This document shows positions 1 to 11,148 of a stretch of 64,000 nt of DNA, piece after piece. Made by a program: the position numbers and the translations under genes. Location of the stretch: contig DAOORA010000015.1 in NCBI GenBank assembly GCA_035389045.1, forward strand, positions 1 through 64,000, given 5' to 3'. Source of the DNA: Bacteroidales bacterium. Its GTDB lineage: Bacteria > Bacteroidota > Bacteroidia > Bacteroidales > CAIWKO01. Positions within the stretch are counted from its first letter, which is position 1. Each line of letters starts with the position of its first letter. Under the pieces are notes generated by a model, which was not told where the DNA came from, did no database searches, and saw only the letters and a program-made list of their open reading frames with translations.

Positions 1-87
1 GCTAAAAAATCCATCATAAATCTTATGTAACATAAAATCAAAACAGTTTCTAAACTACTAAAAATTTTTAAAAAAATGGGCATGGAG

Positions 88-2055
88 TTATTTATTTAAA
101 GAATATCCGGCCGTTAACAATATCGTGCTTTGTGGTTGCCGGTATCTGTCGGGTAATCGGTTGGATGTATGGTAATACGTTGTGTTCAGCAGGTTTTTCA
201 CCGATACCTGTACTGTAATACCTTTGTAATTTAACAGGGATACCGTTGAATGAAGGATGAAGTACGGGTCAACATTAAAGCTGTTTGTTGCAGCAATAAA
301 TTGTGGGTTTTGCCGCCTACCCACATAGTTTGCACGCAGGTTGACCTTTATATTGTCATTGAATGAATACGTCATACTGACATTTCCGCAGTGCCTGCTT
401 ATTTCCGGGACAAAAACACCGGGTTCGCTTTTACTTTGAGTGTAAGTATAATTCAACGTGGATTTGAATTTTCCGAATTCTACCCTTATGGAAAACTCTG
501 CTCCGTATGTGTTTATTTTTCCACTATTTACCCATCTGTAGTTGCCGATGGTATCGGTCAATTCTTTGGTGATGGAGTTCAGCAGAAAATTTTTATATCC
601 AACCACATCAATTTTAATTTTATCGATTATCGAGAACGTAAAGGCAAGTTCCAGCGATCTCATTTTTTCGGGCAGCAGTGATGAATTTCCAAGTCCATCG
701 GCGAAGTCCCAGGGTTTTGGTGCACGGAACGCTTCGGCATACGATATGCGCATAAGGTGTTTCCGAAACTGATAGCTGATTCCTGCCCGGGGTGTAAAAA
801 CCTGTTCGTAAACGCTGCTATAGTCGAAACGGATGCCTCCTGACAAAAAAAGGTTACGCACCAGTGTAAAACGCGGTTCGGCAAAGACACTTAACAGATA
901 GTTTTTAAGCATTTCCGGATCAGCAGGTCTGGGAGGTTTATCTTCCAGCGATGGGCTAACCGACAAAGAAGCCTGTTTGGCCAGCTGGTCGAATTCAAAA
1001 GTCAGTCCGGTCGTCAATGAAAAAAACCTGTTTGCTTTATAGTTCAGTACATTTTCCAATCCCATCAGGTTGTTGGGCCGGTAATAACCAATACGGGCTG
1101 TATCCACTACATAATATACTGAATTCCTCAAAACTGTAGTATTACGGTTGTATAAAACTGCAGATAAGCTAAGTTTTTCAGAGATAGATTTATTGTACTT
1201 CAAATAGCTGTTTATAAACTGTATATTCCAGAGACTTCCGAAATCTTTGTATATCGTACCGACGGATTTATAATTTGTAGCCGTAGACGACTGTTTCAGT
1301 ATATAATTTAACCCCAAAGTGAACTCTTTGTATTCGGTTTTAATATCCAGAGCATAATCGTTTTCAAAATTATCCAGCAGGGATGTCCAGTTATTGGACC
1401 CGGCAGCGCCTTTTAAATCGGCCTTATCAGACCGTTTGAACATCCCTGACACAGAGATGCCAAATGTTTTTTCTTTATTCACATTACTGTAAACAAAATC
1501 ACCGGCAGTGGTTTTAAAGTTACCGGCCAGAACATTTATTCCTGTTTTTTTCTCGCGGGCGCTTTTAGTAATAATATTAATGATTCCCGCCACAGCATTT
1601 GTACCGTAAGCAACCGAAGAAGGCCCGTAAATCACTTCTATACGGTCCACATTCGACAAATTATACTGTCCTCCGGCATAAAATCCGCCGGAATTAAGTT
1701 CATTGATCTGCACACCGTCAACAAGTATCAGAGTGAGATTGTTTTGATTGGGTATTCCCCTTTGAAAAACATAACTATTCATCCCCAGTATGTTTCTGAA
1801 TTGAAAGCCGGGCAAATCAGACAATGCTTCTTCAAGGGTTAAATACCCTCTTTCTTTTATCCTGGTAGCGGTGATAATAAATATGGTAGAAGGAATCTCA
1901 TTGATGTTCTGTGATATTTTTGATGCTGAAGAAATCTGGAGTTTGGATAGTTCTGCAAGGGTCAGGTCATAAATATCCGTCGAGTCTTTTTGCGCCTTAG
2001 CAGACAAGGAAAAAAGGACCATTGATAAACCGAAAATAAGCAGGCGAAAAGCCAT
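88..2055 (-). CDS. TonB-dependent receptor (plug + beta-barrel)
   Basis: Signal peptide after M at 2055 (alternative start 2088); plug motifs LVDGV and RIEVIYGPSSVAYG; barrel-type C-terminus VKNLLN...GYSL. Confidence 0.9.
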   Translation of the reverse strand: MAFRLLIFGLSMVLFSLSAKAQKDSTDIYDLTLAELSKLQISSASKISQNINEIPSTIFIITATRIKERGYLTLEEALSDLPGFQFRNILGMNSYVFQRGIPNQNNLTLILVDGVQINELNSGGFYAGGQYNLSNVDRIEVIYGPSSVAYGTNAVAGIINIITKSAREKKTGINVLAGNFKTTAGDFVYSNVNKEKTFGISVSGMFKRSDKADLKGAAGSNNWTSLLDNFENDYALDIKTEYKEFTLGLNYILKQSSTATNYKSVGTIYKDFGSLWNIQFINSYLKYNKSISEKLSLSAVLYNRNTTVLRNSVYYVVDTARIGYYRPNNLMGLENVLNYKANRFFSLTTGLTFEFDQLAKQASLSVSPSLEDKPPRPADPEMLKNYLLSVFAEPRFTLVRNLFLSGGIRFDYSSVYEQVFTPRAGISYQFRKHLMRISYAEAFRAPKPWDFADGLGNSSLLPEKMRSLELAFTFSIIDKIKIDVVGYKNFLLNSITKELTDTIGNYRWVNSGKINTYGAEFSIRVEFGKFKSTLNYTYTQSKSEPGVFVPEISRHCGNVSMTYSFNDNIKVNLRANYVGRRQNPQFIAATNSFNVDPYFILHSTVSLLNYKGITVQVSVKNLLNTTYYHTSNRLPDRYRQPQSTILLTAGYSLNK

Positions 2056-2389
2056 TTTGATGCACCCTGTTGTTTTTACTTTTCCCATTATTTTCAAAAC
2101 ATTATCAGGCTCTGTTAAACCATAAAAACACATAAAGATACATCGGTTTTACTTTAAATGAAAAATTTTTTTAATAAATATTTCTATTAATATAAATTAA
2201 CAAATAAAAACACCACATATTATTACAATATCAATATATGTGAAAAAAAATCATTTGTATATTAAAATGATTGGTTTGTCTTGTAGTTATTTATCTGTTT
2301 GACGGTTCATGATATGATCAATAAGATCATGGCTGGGTTAAAAAGATTAAAAAAAACAGGTGTGCAAATGCAGATAAAAAGGGAAAAAT

Positions 2390-3520
2390 CTATAATTTGC
2401 GTTCTAACCCGCTGATCATTTCGTTTTTCCACAATAAAAAATCACCTTTCAGGATATGATGACGTGCCTCTGTGACGAGCCACAAATAGAATGCAAGATT
2501 ATGCTGGCTGGCGATCATAGAAGCTAAAATTTCATTTGAGACAAAAAGATGCCTTAAATATGCCTTGCTGTAGTGGGTGTCAACGAAAGAACAACCTTTG
2601 TCGTCAACGGGAGAAAAATCGTTTTTCCATTTTTCGTTTCGGATATTGATACGTCCTTTTTTTGTAAAAAGCCATCCGTTGCGCCCATTACGTGTTGGCA
2701 TCACGCAGTCGAACATGTCCACGCCCAGTGCAATCCCTTCAAGAATATTTGCCGGTGTGCCGACACCCATCAGGTAGCGGGGTTTATTGTGAGGTAAGAT
2801 GGAACAAACCTGTCCGGTAATTTCATACATGACATCGGCCGGTTCGCCAACCGACAGCCCTCCGATAGCGTTACCATCGAGGTCGTATGATGCAACGGTT
2901 TCAGCAGCAATTTTTCGCAGATCACTGAAAGTGCTCCCCTGAACAATAGGGAAAAGCGATTGTTCATAACCGTATAAAGGCTCTGATTCCCTGAAACGGC
3001 GTACACCGCGTTCGAGCCATTTATGTGTCATTTTCATTGATTTTTTAGCATAATCATATTCACAGGGGAACGGTGTACATTCGTCAAAAGCCATCATGAT
3101 ATCTGCGCCGATCTTTCGTTGTATGTCGATGTTGTTTTCCGGCGTAAATATATGTTTTGATCCATCAATATGCGACTGAAATACGACACCGTCTTCTTTG
3201 ATTTTTCGGATGGTTTTAAGTGAATATACCTGGTATCCGCCGCTGTCGGTAAGTATGGGTTTATTCCATCCGTTGAATTTGTGCAGGCCGCCGGCTGCGT
3301 TCAGTACGTCAAGTCCGGGACGAAGGTATAAATGATAGGTGTTTCCTAAAATAATCCTTGCCTTGATATCTTCATGAAGGTCTTTCTGGTGTATTGCTTT
3401 AACACTGCCTGCAGTGCCTACAGGCATAAATACCGGCGTTTCTATAAGACCATGAGCTGTTTCAATGATGCCGGCGCGCGCCGAAGAACCGGGATCTTTA
3501 GCCGTCAGTGTGTATTTCAT
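2390..3520 (-). CDS. tgt: tRNA-guanine transglycosylase (queuine tRNA-ribosyltransferase)
   Basis: TPVFMPVGT, TDSGGYQV, DMFDCVMPTR motifs. Confidence 0.97.
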   Translation of the reverse strand: MKYTLTAKDPGSSARAGIIETAHGLIETPVFMPVGTAGSVKAIHQKDLHEDIKARIILGNTYHLYLRPGLDVLNAAGGLHKFNGWNKPILTDSGGYQVYSLKTIRKIKEDGVVFQSHIDGSKHIFTPENNIDIQRKIGADIMMAFDECTPFPCEYDYAKKSMKMTHKWLERGVRRFRESEPLYGYEQSLFPIVQGSTFSDLRKIAAETVASYDLDGNAIGGLSVGEPADVMYEITGQVCSILPHNKPRYLMGVGTPANILEGIALGVDMFDCVMPTRNGRNGWLFTKKGRINIRNEKWKNDFSPVDDKGCSFVDTHYSKAYLRHLFVSNEILASMIASQHNLAFYLWLVTEARHHILKGDFLLWKNEMISGLERKL

Positions 3521-3775
3521 ATCGCAAAGGTATATTTTTTAATGGTTTTTTATCAGACCCGCATAAACATGGAAATAACACCGCGTAGTTTCGCAATCAT
3601 CATACCTGGCATTTCTTTACGCAAACACGTGTTTTCCTGCGTACACCAAATATATTGACATCATCATCATCATCCGGCCAAACCTGAGTAATAAACAAAA
3701 AAAGGTGTATAAGTTTTCATCCGGCGCCTTTCTGTTTCCTGATTAAAAATTACTTTTGCAGTATAATGCTGCACT

Positions 3776-4921
3776 ATGTTCTTCGATACAATTATGGCTG
3801 ATCCTGTTCAGTTTTACCTCTACCTTGCTTTTTTCTGCCTGTTTTTTATTCAGATGGTTTATTTCTGGGGTGTTTTTACAACATTTGTTTTTAGCCGAAA
3901 AAAAAAACAACCTGAAAGTATATTGCCTGTTTCTGTTGTAATATGTGCCCGTAACGAATACTTTAATCTCGAAAAAAATCTTCCCTTAATTCTTGAGCAG
4001 GATTATCCCAAATTTGAAGTTCTTGTTGTTAATGATGAATCCGATGATGATACCGGAGATTTGCTGAACGACCTGTCAAGAAAATATTCCAACCTTGTGG
4101 TATTAAACACGGGGAAAAACCAGAATTATTTTAATGGCAAGAAGTTTTCACTGGCATTGGGAATAAAATCTGCACATCATGAAATAATCCTTTTGACCGA
4201 TGCCGATTGCTATCCGATGGGTAAGGACTGGATCAGGCAGATGCAAGCGCCATTTTCAAGGCCCGGCACCCAGATCGTATTGGGCTATGGAGCTTATAAG
4301 CCGGGCAAAGGTTTACTGAATAAGTTGATCAGATTCGACACATTATCCATTGCGGTTCAATACTTTTCCTGGGCAAAAAGCGGGATGCCATACATGGGCG
4401 TAGGAAGAAACCTCGCCTACCGGAAAAGCCTGTTTATTAAATCCAGAGGCTTTGTCAGTCATTATCATGTAAATTCAGGTGATGACGATTTATTTATCAA
4501 CCAGAATGCCACCCGAAAAAACACGGCATTGGTTTTCACACCGGATAGCCATACCATGTCTGAGCCCAAGACCAGTTTCGGAAGTTGGATATTCCAGAAA
4601 AAAAGACATCTCACAACCGGAAAATACTATAAATGGTGGCATAAGATAATTTTATCCTTTTTCCCGGTTACAACGCTTGCCTTTTATGTTTTACCGGTTT
4701 TTTTAATAGTATTTAACAAGCATCTATATACTATAATTGTCGTATGCACGTTTCTATTTTTACGGTGGTTAACCCAGTTGCTGATAATTAAAAAAGCGAT
4801 GAATAAGTTGAAAGAAAAGAATTTATTATTATTTTCGTCACTTTTTGAGATATTTCTGATCTTTTTCAATGTGGTATTAATGCTATCTAACACAGGAAAA
4901 CAGCAAAGCCGATGGAAGTAA
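3776..4921 (+). CDS. Family 2 glycosyltransferase, membrane-anchored
   Basis: SVVICARNE, DAD, SGDDDL motifs; N- and C-terminal TM segments. Confidence 0.88.
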   Translation: MFFDTIMADPVQFYLYLAFFCLFFIQMVYFWGVFTTFVFSRKKKQPESILPVSVVICARNEYFNLEKNLPLILEQDYPKFEVLVVNDESDDDTGDLLNDLSRKYSNLVVLNTGKNQNYFNGKKFSLALGIKSAHHEIILLTDADCYPMGKDWIRQMQAPFSRPGTQIVLGYGAYKPGKGLLNKLIRFDTLSIAVQYFSWAKSGMPYMGVGRNLAYRKSLFIKSRGFVSHYHVNSGDDDLFINQNATRKNTALVFTPDSHTMSEPKTSFGSWIFQKKRHLTTGKYYKWWHKIILSFFPVTTLAFYVLPVFLIVFNKHLYTIIVVCTFLFLRWLTQLLIIKKAMNKLKEKNLLLFSSLFEIFLIFFNVVLMLSNTGKQQSRWK

Positions 4922-5520
4922 AACCGACCCTGACCGACAAAGCTCAACGTGATTACAGGCTGGTACAACTTGCCATTAAAGAGGGCGACCAGAAAGCTTA
5001 TGCTGAACTGTTGGGATACTATAAGGATGCCATTTATTTCCTGCTGCTGAAAATGACCAATAACCCCGATGATGCTGATGACCTGACCATTGAAGCATTT
5101 GGCAAAGCCTTTAATAAGCTCGATCAGTACACACCCGATTATGCTTTCAGCACCTGGTTGTTTAAAATTGCTTCCAACAACTGCATCGATTATATACGGC
5201 GCAAAAAGATGGAATTGCTTTCCATTAATAAAACAATTGTTGATGATGAGGGTACCGACATGTCACAGGCACTGCCCTCACATGGGCCGGATCCTGAAGA
5301 AAAACTTATTGAACGGCAAAAGATCCTGATGATGCACGAAGTTGTTGAAAAACTGAAACCAAACTACCGCCGGCTGGTTCAGTTGCGTTACTTTAATGAA
5401 TACTCATACGAGGAAATAGCACAGGAAATGTCTATTCCGATCGGAACAGTCAAAGCTCAGTTGTTCAGGGCAAGGGAATTCCTGTACAATATCATGAAAA
5501 AAACAGAAGGCACCATTTAA
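4912..5520 (+). CDS. ECF-type sigma-70 RNA polymerase sigma factor
   Basis: Region 2 FSTWLFKIASNNCIDY; region 4 SYEEIAQ..IPIGTVKAQLFRAR; overlaps the GT2 3' end. Confidence 0.93.
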   Translation: MEVKPTLTDKAQRDYRLVQLAIKEGDQKAYAELLGYYKDAIYFLLLKMTNNPDDADDLTIEAFGKAFNKLDQYTPDYAFSTWLFKIASNNCIDYIRRKKMELLSINKTIVDDEGTDMSQALPSHGPDPEEKLIERQKILMMHEVVEKLKPNYRRLVQLRYFNEYSYEEIAQEMSIPIGTVKAQLFRAREFLYNIMKKTEGTI

Positions 5521-5537
5521 TTTATTATAATAATCCA

Positions 5538-6317
5538 CTACAAAGCTTTATCCAGAATTTGTGTCAGACGAACGAATTCCTCAACGCCAAGCTGTTCAGC
5601 CCTTTTATTGAAAATGGGATCCGTAAAAATTAATTCCTCGTTTTTAAATGACTTAAGAGCATTTCTCAGCGTTTTGCGTCTTTGGTTGAAGGCTTTTTTT
5701 ACAATTTCAACAAAAAGTTTTTCATCACAATCCAATGATTTCACTTCATTACGCAGAAGTCTGATCACGGCTGATTTTATTTTCGGAGGGGGGTAAAAAA
5801 CATGTTCACTCACCGTGAAAAGATATTCAATGTTATAAAATGCCTGAAGCAACACACTCAGAATGCCATATTGTTTTGACCCGGGTGGTGATGCAATGCG
5901 CTGTGCCACTTCTTTCTGAAACATCCCCACCATTTCGGGTATCTTGTCGCGATGCTCGAGAATCCTGAAAAGAATTTGTGTTGAAATGTTATAAGGGAAA
6001 TTTCCAATTATGGCGAAAGGTTCATTAAATCGTGTGTTTATATCGAAATTCAAAAAGTCGCCGTAGATTATGTTCTGGCTTTGCCCGGGAAATTTTTCTG
6101 TTAAAAAATGGTATGCATCCCTGTCAATTTCTATAAGGGTGGTATGAAAATTTTTTGATTCAAAGAGGTACTTGCTCAGCACTCCGGTGCCCGGACCAAT
6201 TTCAAGTACATGACTGTAATTCTTATGCAAGGTAAGGCTTTCACAAATCCTGGCGGCAAGTTGTTCATCTTTGAGAAAATGCTGGCCAAAGTGTTTTTTG
6301 GGATGAACAATGTTCAT
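5538..6317 (-). CDS. rsmA: 16S rRNA dimethyladenosine transferase RsmA/KsgA
   Basis: PKKHFGQHFL, LEIGPGTG, GNFPYNIS, FNQRRKTLRN. Confidence 0.96.
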   Translation of the reverse strand: MNIVHPKKHFGQHFLKDEQLAARICESLTLHKNYSHVLEIGPGTGVLSKYLFESKNFHTTLIEIDRDAYHFLTEKFPGQSQNIIYGDFLNFDINTRFNEPFAIIGNFPYNISTQILFRILEHRDKIPEMVGMFQKEVAQRIASPPGSKQYGILSVLLQAFYNIEYLFTVSEHVFYPPPKIKSAVIRLLRNEVKSLDCDEKLFVEIVKKAFNQRRKTLRNALKSFKNEELIFTDPIFNKRAEQLGVEEFVRLTQILDKAL

Positions 6318-6319
6318 GT

Positions 6320-8191
6320 TCAGTTTATTTTATCGCCCCTGAGGATGCGGTAATGCCGGCGTGCCTCCACCACATATATGCTTCCCGGGTAATCCGTCAG
6401 TATTTTTTCGAAGAACTCCATGGCTCTTGCCGTGTTTTTAAAGATGTTTTCATTCAGCTCGCCGAGTTTGAAAAGGGCGTCGTCGGCAAGGATATCCGTT
6501 TGGTAAAAACTGACGAGTTTCACCAGCAGGGTGTCGGCATCGGCATACCGGCCCTGACGTATTCGGATCTGGGCTTTTTTGTATAATACTTCATCGAAGA
6601 GTGAATGATACAGTCCCAGCATATTTATTGAATCAAGGGTTGTAAAGGCCTGTTCGTCCTTATTCTGGAACAGCAGGAGTTCAGCGCGTGCATATAACCT
6701 CAGACCGGTGGTGGTACTGTCGTCATCAAGGTTGTCGCTGATCAGCAGCGACAGTTCCATGGCATCGTTGGCGATAAGTTTTGATGTAGCGGCTTTGAGA
6801 ATATCGAGCTGGGCCTTGGCATACTCAAACTCGTTGATGTAAAAATATAGCTTTGCATTACGGAATTTGGCTTCAAATCCGGTCACATCGTTTTTAAAAG
6901 CTTTTTCCACCTGTGAATACAGCAGGCTGGCTTCCCAAATGTCACCGGTAAGCAGCAGAATATCGGCAAGTTCAATTTTGCATTGTGCCACATTTGCGAC
7001 CGATACATTGATAAACTGAATGGCCTTTTGCAGTAATTCAATCGCCTGTGGCGCTTTATCCAAATAAAATGCCTGTAAATGTGCAAGATTTTTAATAAGT
7101 TGCAACGAATAGTTGTTTTGCCCGTTTTTATTTATCAGATCGTAGTATTCTTTTTCCAGCAGTTCGAGTTCGGCAAGTTTAATACCCGGTGTATTGATGA
7201 CTTTCAGATACCTTGTATTCAGTTTTTCAACCAATGATGACTGATAATAAGGGGAATACGCATCTTTCTGGCTTAAAATATAATCATAGCAGGCGATACC
7301 ATCGTCATAATACGCATTGGAAACGGCAATTTTAGCAAGGTCAAAGATACGGCCTCCATCTTCATTGAACCGTTTGTCGATGGCTTTTGCCTGGATGATA
7401 GCCGCCCCGAACTCTTTTTCCTGGATGAAGTACCAGAGCAAAAGTTCAGGGTAAGCTTTTATATCCGGTTCTTTTTTGATCCGCTGAAGCAGGACAGACC
7501 GGAAAAGATTGTTCCTGACATTTTCAGGATCATTAACCAGCAGATCCTGTAATTTTGATTGCACCTGGTCAAATGACGAAGGATTGTTTTTTGCATATTC
7601 CAGAAACTGTTCCAGTGCGGCATTGAAATCGTTTTTTTTCAGGTAGATGTCAGCCAGTTCCAACTCGAAACGGTAGAAATTTCTTAAAAGTTTACGGCCC
7701 TGCTCATAAGCTTTTATTGCATAGTCGGGCTGGTTGCGTAACAAAAAAGCATTGGCAATAGCATTGATCTGATCCTTATCGGCACTCAATGTTTTAATTG
7801 TATTTTCAAATTGCTTTTTGGCTTTTTCGGTTTCATTTCCGAGCTGGTAAACATAACCAAGATCCACCAGCAGCGCAAAATTTCCCGGACTTTTCCTGAT
7901 GACTTTCGAAACGAATTTTTCGGCCTTATTATAATCCTGAAGTTCGATCATGCATTTCAGACAGTAATCATATATAAATGGGGTGGGCGTTTTATTGTAG
8001 ATTTCTTCAAATAAGATCAATGCTTTCTCGAATTCTTTATCCTGGAAATATTGTATAGCCAATTGTTCGTTGGTTCCGGGCTGGGCAGAAACCCGGAGGC
8101 TGAATACAGACACCAGTAAAAACAGAAAAAAAATGCGGCTACCGCGTATGAAGAAATCAGGTTTATATGAGATTTTAACTCTGTTTAACAT
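6320..8191 (-). CDS. Exported tetratricopeptide-repeat protein
   Basis: Signal peptide and many TPR-like helical repeats; lies between serS and rsmA as in other Bacteroidota. Confidence 0.85.
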   Translation of the reverse strand: MLNRVKISYKPDFFIRGSRIFFLFLLVSVFSLRVSAQPGTNEQLAIQYFQDKEFEKALILFEEIYNKTPTPFIYDYCLKCMIELQDYNKAEKFVSKVIRKSPGNFALLVDLGYVYQLGNETEKAKKQFENTIKTLSADKDQINAIANAFLLRNQPDYAIKAYEQGRKLLRNFYRFELELADIYLKKNDFNAALEQFLEYAKNNPSSFDQVQSKLQDLLVNDPENVRNNLFRSVLLQRIKKEPDIKAYPELLLWYFIQEKEFGAAIIQAKAIDKRFNEDGGRIFDLAKIAVSNAYYDDGIACYDYILSQKDAYSPYYQSSLVEKLNTRYLKVINTPGIKLAELELLEKEYYDLINKNGQNNYSLQLIKNLAHLQAFYLDKAPQAIELLQKAIQFINVSVANVAQCKIELADILLLTGDIWEASLLYSQVEKAFKNDVTGFEAKFRNAKLYFYINEFEYAKAQLDILKAATSKLIANDAMELSLLISDNLDDDSTTTGLRLYARAELLLFQNKDEQAFTTLDSINMLGLYHSLFDEVLYKKAQIRIRQGRYADADTLLVKLVSFYQTDILADDALFKLGELNENIFKNTARAMEFFEKILTDYPGSIYVVEARRHYRILRGDKIN

Positions 8192-8202
8192 TCGCAGCTA
8201 AA

Positions 8203-8760
8203 TTATTTTTTGTTTTTATTTTCAGGGTAACTATCTATCAATTTTAACAAATATGGTTGAATCGTATCGAAATTCTTCATTTGGGACAAGACTTCATTTA
8301 TCTGTTTGTTAATTTTGAACGTAATCTCGTGGGCAGAATTTTTTTCGATAATGAAGTAATTATTAAATTCTTCTTCGCTGATAAGTTTTTTCTCAACGTC
8401 GTGTCTCAGGTTTTCGAGCTGTTCCTTTGAGGTTTTTAAATCATTGATATATGAATTATAGCGTTTGACCATTGTTTTAAAAGGTTTGCGCACATTCTGA
8501 TATTCACATAGATAATTCCAGTTTTCTTCATTGCGGTATTCCTGGTAATGCTCGGCAACTGATTTATTGGTATTTCTGAAGGTGTCGAAACGTTTGCTTA
8601 TGGTATCTTTATTTATTTTATTCAGGTTTTTACCGGCAGAATCAATGACTGCCATCAGACTGTCAATTTTAGCAAGCTGTTTTTCCCTGACGGCATTGTT
8701 GCATGAACATAACATTATCAAGGTTACAATTCCGGGAAGAGAGAAAATTTTTATATTCAT
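8203..8760 (-). CDS. Hypothetical helical lipoprotein
   Basis: Lipobox-like LIMLCSC after a hydrophobic stretch; coiled-coil-like body. Confidence 0.7.
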   Translation of the reverse strand: MNIKIFSLPGIVTLIMLCSCNNAVREKQLAKIDSLMAVIDSAGKNLNKINKDTISKRFDTFRNTNKSVAEHYQEYRNEENWNYLCEYQNVRKPFKTMVKRYNSYINDLKTSKEQLENLRHDVEKKLISEEEFNNYFIIEKNSAHEITFKINKQINEVLSQMKNFDTIQPYLLKLIDSYPENKNKK

Positions 8761-8768
8761 AAAAATGA

Positions 8769-10040
8769 TCAGTTAATTAATTCAAACCCTGTATATTTCC
8801 GGAGTACAGTGGGCATTTTTATTCCTTCGGGGGTCTGGTTGTTTTCGAGCAAAGCCGCTACAATTCTTGGTAACGCTAAGGCACTGCCGTTTAGTGTATG
8901 GGCGAAATTTATTTTTCCGTCTTTGTTTTTAAAACGCAGTTTCATTCGGTTGGCCTGAAAACTTTCAAAGTTTGAGACAGAGCTTACTTCGAGCCATCTT
9001 TTTTGTGCAGCAGAAAAAACCTCAAAGTCGTAAGTCATGGCTGAGGTAAAGCTGATATCTCCTCCGCAGAGTTTCAGTATTCTGAAGGGGAGTTCAAGTT
9101 GTGTCAGCAATCCGGCAACATAGTCACACATTTCTTTCAGGGTGTCATACGATTTGTCGGGATGTTGTATCTGAACTATTTCAACTTTATCAAACTGGTG
9201 CAGGCGGTTCAATCCTCGGACATCTTTTCCGTAGGAACCGGCTTCCCTTCGGAAACAGGCTGAATAAGCTGCATTTTTTACAGGAAGATCGGTTTCTTTC
9301 AGGATCATATCTCTGTATAAATTTGTAACAGGCACTTCAGCAGTGGGTATCAGGTAGAGGTTGTCGACAGCGGCATAATACATCTGCCCGTCTTTGTCAG
9401 GAAGTTGCCCTGTTCCGAATGCCGATGCCTCATTGACCATCAGCGGGGGTTGTATCTCTGTATAACCTGCGTTGACGGCCGAATCCAGGAAAAACTGTAT
9501 CAGGGCTCGTTGCACCCGTGCTCCCTTGCCGGTATATACCGGGAATCCTGCACCGGTAATTTTATTACCCAGTTCAAAATCAATCAGTTTATACTTAATG
9601 GCCAGATCCCAGTGGGGCAAGGCTTCTTCGGATAAAACAGGAATGTCTCCTTTGGTCATAACGATCTCATTGTCATCTGCTGTTTTACCCGGTTTGATCG
9701 AGTGATGAGGGGTATTGGGAAGTTGTAAAAGCAGGCCGGTGAGTTTTTCTTCAATGACTTTTAAGTTTTCTTCCAGGTCTTTTGCGTTTTTTTTAATTTC
9801 CAGCGATTTGTCTTTCAGCAGGTTGGCCTCCTGTTGTTTGCCGTTTTTGAACAGTTCCCCGGTTTCTTTTGCCAGTTTATTGGTTTCGGCGAGCAGGTCG
9901 TCCATTTTTTTCTGTGTGCTGCGGCGTTCATCATCAAGTGTCAGTATCTGAGCCACAATGGGAGCGGCATCAAAATTTTTTATTGCCAGGGCGTTGATGA
10001 TATTTTCAGTGTCGTTGCGCAGGCTAGTGATCTGTAACAT
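8769..10040 (-). CDS. serS: Serine--tRNA ligase
   Basis: LIPTAEVP, FRREAGSYG, RLHQFDKVE, HTLNGSALA. Confidence 0.98.
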   Translation of the reverse strand: MLQITSLRNDTENIINALAIKNFDAAPIVAQILTLDDERRSTQKKMDDLLAETNKLAKETGELFKNGKQQEANLLKDKSLEIKKNAKDLEENLKVIEEKLTGLLLQLPNTPHHSIKPGKTADDNEIVMTKGDIPVLSEEALPHWDLAIKYKLIDFELGNKITGAGFPVYTGKGARVQRALIQFFLDSAVNAGYTEIQPPLMVNEASAFGTGQLPDKDGQMYYAAVDNLYLIPTAEVPVTNLYRDMILKETDLPVKNAAYSACFRREAGSYGKDVRGLNRLHQFDKVEIVQIQHPDKSYDTLKEMCDYVAGLLTQLELPFRILKLCGGDISFTSAMTYDFEVFSAAQKRWLEVSSVSNFESFQANRMKLRFKNKDGKINFAHTLNGSALALPRIVAALLENNQTPEGIKMPTVLRKYTGFELIN

Positions 10041-10079
10041 ATATTGGTTTTTTTACAAAAATAAATGTTCTTTATGAAT

Positions 10080-10117
10080 AAAAAAAAATCTCCGGCCACG
10101 AAAAAGCAACCGGAGAT
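10080..10117 (-). terminator. Intrinsic terminator downstream of rpmA
   Basis: ATCTCCGG...CCGGAGAT stem followed by a T-tract on the minus strand. Confidence 0.7.
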
Positions 10118-10136
10118 CTGTAATAACAGAACGAGT

Positions 10137-10415
10137 TTAATTTTTCTCGTTGCCTTGATTTTCCAAGGGGACAACAGAAACATAGGACCGATCGTTTTTC
10201 TTTTTCCTGAATTCGACGATGCCGTCGGTTGTTGCAAAAAGTGTATGATCGACGCCCATGCCGACGTTAAGCCCCGGATGATGAACGGTGCCTCTCTGGC
10301 GGACAATAATATTTCCTGCTGTTGCGAACTGGCCACCAAATATTTTTATTCCTAAACGTTTGCTGTGTGATTCGCGACCGTTGGTCGAACTACCAGCACC
10401 TTTCTTATGTGCCAT
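10137..10415 (-). CDS. rpmA: 50S ribosomal protein L27
   Basis: [26 protein letters not shown]. Confidence 0.98.
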   Translation of the reverse strand: MAHKKGAGSSTNGRESHSKRLGIKIFGGQFATAGNIIVRQRGTVHHPGLNVGMGVDHTLFATTDGIVEFRKKKNDRSYVSVVPLENQGNEKN

Positions 10416-10438
10416 AACTTATGATTTTTTAATGGATA

Positions 10439-10750
10439 TTAAATATTAATATTTTCAATCTGAATTTTGGTCAGATACTGCCTGTGACCGTTGGCTTTCT
10501 GATATCCTTTTCTTCTTTTCTTTTTGAAAACGATGGTTTTATCGCCTTTTAGATGACTAAGTATTTTTGCACTGATACTGGCTCCTTCAACATTTGGAGT
10601 ACCTACTTTAACATTTCCTGATTCATCAATCAGCAAAACTTTTTCAAAGGTCACATCAGATCCTTCTTCTCCTTCGAGGCGGTGGACAAATATTTCCTGT
10701 TCCTTTTCAACTTTGAATTGTTGTCCTGCTATGTCAACTATTGCGTACAT
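10439..10750 (-). CDS. rplU: 50S ribosomal protein L21
   Basis: [26 protein letters not shown]; start moved to the ATG at 10750. Confidence 0.97.
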   Translation of the reverse strand: MYAIVDIAGQQFKVEKEQEIFVHRLEGEEGSDVTFEKVLLIDESGNVKVGTPNVEGASISAKILSHLKGDKTIVFKKKRRKGYQKANGHRQYLTKIQIENINI

Positions 10751-10777
10751 TATAAAGATTTTTTTAAAAATGGACTG

Positions 10778-10876
10778 CAAAGATATGCAAAAAATCATTA
10801 CCAAACACCTGAAACATTATTTTTTGAATAAAAATTTCAAAATTATTTGCGGGAATAAAAAATATGTATACCTTTG
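10778..10876. promoter_or_regulatory. Divergent Bacteroidota housekeeping promoters for rplU and rpmH
   Basis: TATCTTTG on minus (10778-10785) and TACCTTTG on plus (10869-10876) match the TAnnTTTG -7 consensus. Confidence 0.7.
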
Positions 10877-10900
10877 CACTCCCTAAAAAAAAGTTTCGCA

Positions 10901-11059
10901 ATGAAAAGAACATTTCAGCCATCGCAGCGTAAGAGAAAGAACACACACGGATTTCGGAAAAAAATGGAATCAGCTAACGGTCGCAGGGTATTAGCTAACC
11001 GCAGGGCTGAAGGAAGAAAAAAATTAACGGTATCTGACGAAAAACAACACAAAAGATAA
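10901..11059 (+). CDS. rpmH: 50S ribosomal protein L34
   Basis: [19 protein letters not shown]. Confidence 0.97.
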   Translation: MKRTFQPSQRKRKNTHGFRKKMESANGRRVLANRRAEGRKKLTVSDEKQHKR

Positions 11060-11148
11060 TTTTACGCAAATCTTAGTGTTTTAATAAAAACATTTAATTT
11101 TGAGGAGATAATTGAGTTTGTCTCCTCTTTTTTTTTAATAAGCTGCTC

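Noticed and set aside
3659..3673. (CAT)5 run suggesting a His-rich leader peptide
   Set aside because: The His frame is directly preceded by TGA, and the neighbouring genes are unrelated to histidine
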